From Felis catus (lineage: Eukaryota): 64,000 nucleotides of DNA. Where the stretch lies: contig NC_058383.1 in the NCBI RefSeq assembly GCF_018350175.1, forward strand, positions 30,568,001-30,632,000, read 5' to 3'. Below are positions 62,911 through 64,000 of this stretch, piece after piece. The translations under genes were made by a program, and so were the position numbers. Each line of letters opens with the position of its first letter. Position 1 is the first letter of the stretch. The notes under the pieces were generated by a model. The model made no database searches and was not told where the DNA came from. It saw nothing but the letters and a program-made list of their open reading frames with translations.

Positions 62911-64000
62911 CACGTAGTAAGGGCTCAATAAATACAAGTTCACATCAGCTGTAGTGCCAGATAGCCATCCTTAGCAATGAGATGCATGCCCCAGGGCTTC
63001 ATGCAGCCCTTGTTCAGATGGAGTTCAAGTTGGTTGTGACTTGCTCGAGCAGTTAACCACCCGAGCTGTAGGTCCGGAACTCGTGGGGTGACTTTGCACA
63101 CACAGTTTGTTCTATAAGTAAGTGCGGGCAGTTCGCACGCTTGCGTCTTTAAGTTCTGGTAAAGAAATTGAGGAGGAAGGGTGGCCTAACGCCGGAGGTC
63201 TACTCTAGGATGACAGCAGGCCAGTGTGGTGGGCTGGAGGGTGGCTGCGGAATTGGGAAAGGTTGGACTGGCGCTTTGCCACTGAGATCTCAGCCTGGAT
63301 GTGGCACGTTAGAGAGAGGCCTTCCCTGTGTGCCCAGTTGGAATTAGCCATTGCTTCTCACGCCACCTTCCTAGTCCTGGCATTCTGGCTCCCTTCCCTG
63401 CTCACTTCTTTGTCCGTCGTCTTTGACCCCCGTGCGGACTGAGCCCCGGGAGAGCAGGGGGCTCGGCTGTCTGGGTCCAGACGTGTATTGTCGCCACCGT
63501 GTGTGGGGCCTGGCAAACAGTTGATTCTCGGTGAATGCTTACCGAATAAATGAATGTGCCGAACCCACAGATGTGAACTGACTCTAAGGAATTTTTTGGA
63601 AGTTGTAATATCTTCATGACTTCCACAGGAAATGCCACTTACTCAGTTCACATGCAAGATACACTAATTTGTTAAAAAGAAGAAAACAGTCTGAAGGTGG
63701 TGGGGTCGTTTTGTCCCTGCCACGGATCGCTGGTGGCCCTTAGGCAAGCTGTGGCACGTCTCTGGGACACAGCCTCCTCAGAGGATAAAAAACAGGGGCT
63801 GCAGATTGGGGCTCTTCACGCTGCTCTGCGCTCGGACCCAGCTCAGGCTCAGGAGCTCTGGTTTTCAACACTGGTCTACCGTGTAAGGTTTGGTTCGAAG
63901 AAAGGGTGGAAAGGGTGCTGTCACCAGGAAAAAGAAGAACTGGACACCCGCAGGGATTCCATGCCCGCTAATGGCCCTTCCTGCTCCGCAAAACCAGGTG

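Larger units (their letters stand above)
46470..64000 (+). other. CPPED1: CPPED1 intron 1 (incomplete; runs off the right end of the window)
   Basis: Starts at the GT donor at 46470. I found no downstream sequence encoding the expected next residues (KESEWKGPFYF...). The content is repeats and unique non-coding DNA. Confidence 0.8.

Noticed and set aside
63890..64000. Possible CPPED1 exon 2 near the window end
   Set aside because: Purine-rich, but it does not encode the expected KESEWKGPFYF continuation and has no suitable acceptor.
1..64000. A novel multi-gene or prokaryote-style system (CRISPR, defence island, intact ERV or transposase)
   Set aside because: The window is eukaryotic intergenic and intronic DNA. 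I saw no intact transposase, RT, gag/pol/env or array structure.

Overview
This is mammalian genomic DNA, almost certainly from a cat or other felid. About 37 tRNA-derived Can-SINEs are visible, including near-identical young SINEC_Fc-type copies, plus carnivore-type L1 3' ends. The only protein-coding sequence I can support is the first coding exon of CPPED1 (+ strand, ATG 46400, phase-1 GT donor at 46470, MSAAEAGGVFRRARGRTLDAFPS-). It lies in a TATA-less CpG island (~46050-47030). Everything to the right (46470-64000) is CPPED1 intron 1, and I did not find exon 2 in the window. Everything to the left (1-46000) is repeat-rich upstream/intergenic DNA; in human the divergent neighbour is SHISA9, whose coding sequence I do not see here. 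The other ORFs in the track look like chance or repeat-derived frames. I found no convincing previously undescribed biological system. The most notable items are transposon architecture (a twin-primed 5'-inverted L1, nested SINEs, fossil Tigger transposase reading frames, a MER53 palindrome and a solo LTR next to the CPPED1 promoter, close inverted SINEs in intron 1) and a few candidate regulatory sites. Repeat family names come from recalled consensus sequences, not a database search, and boundaries of old elements are approximate.
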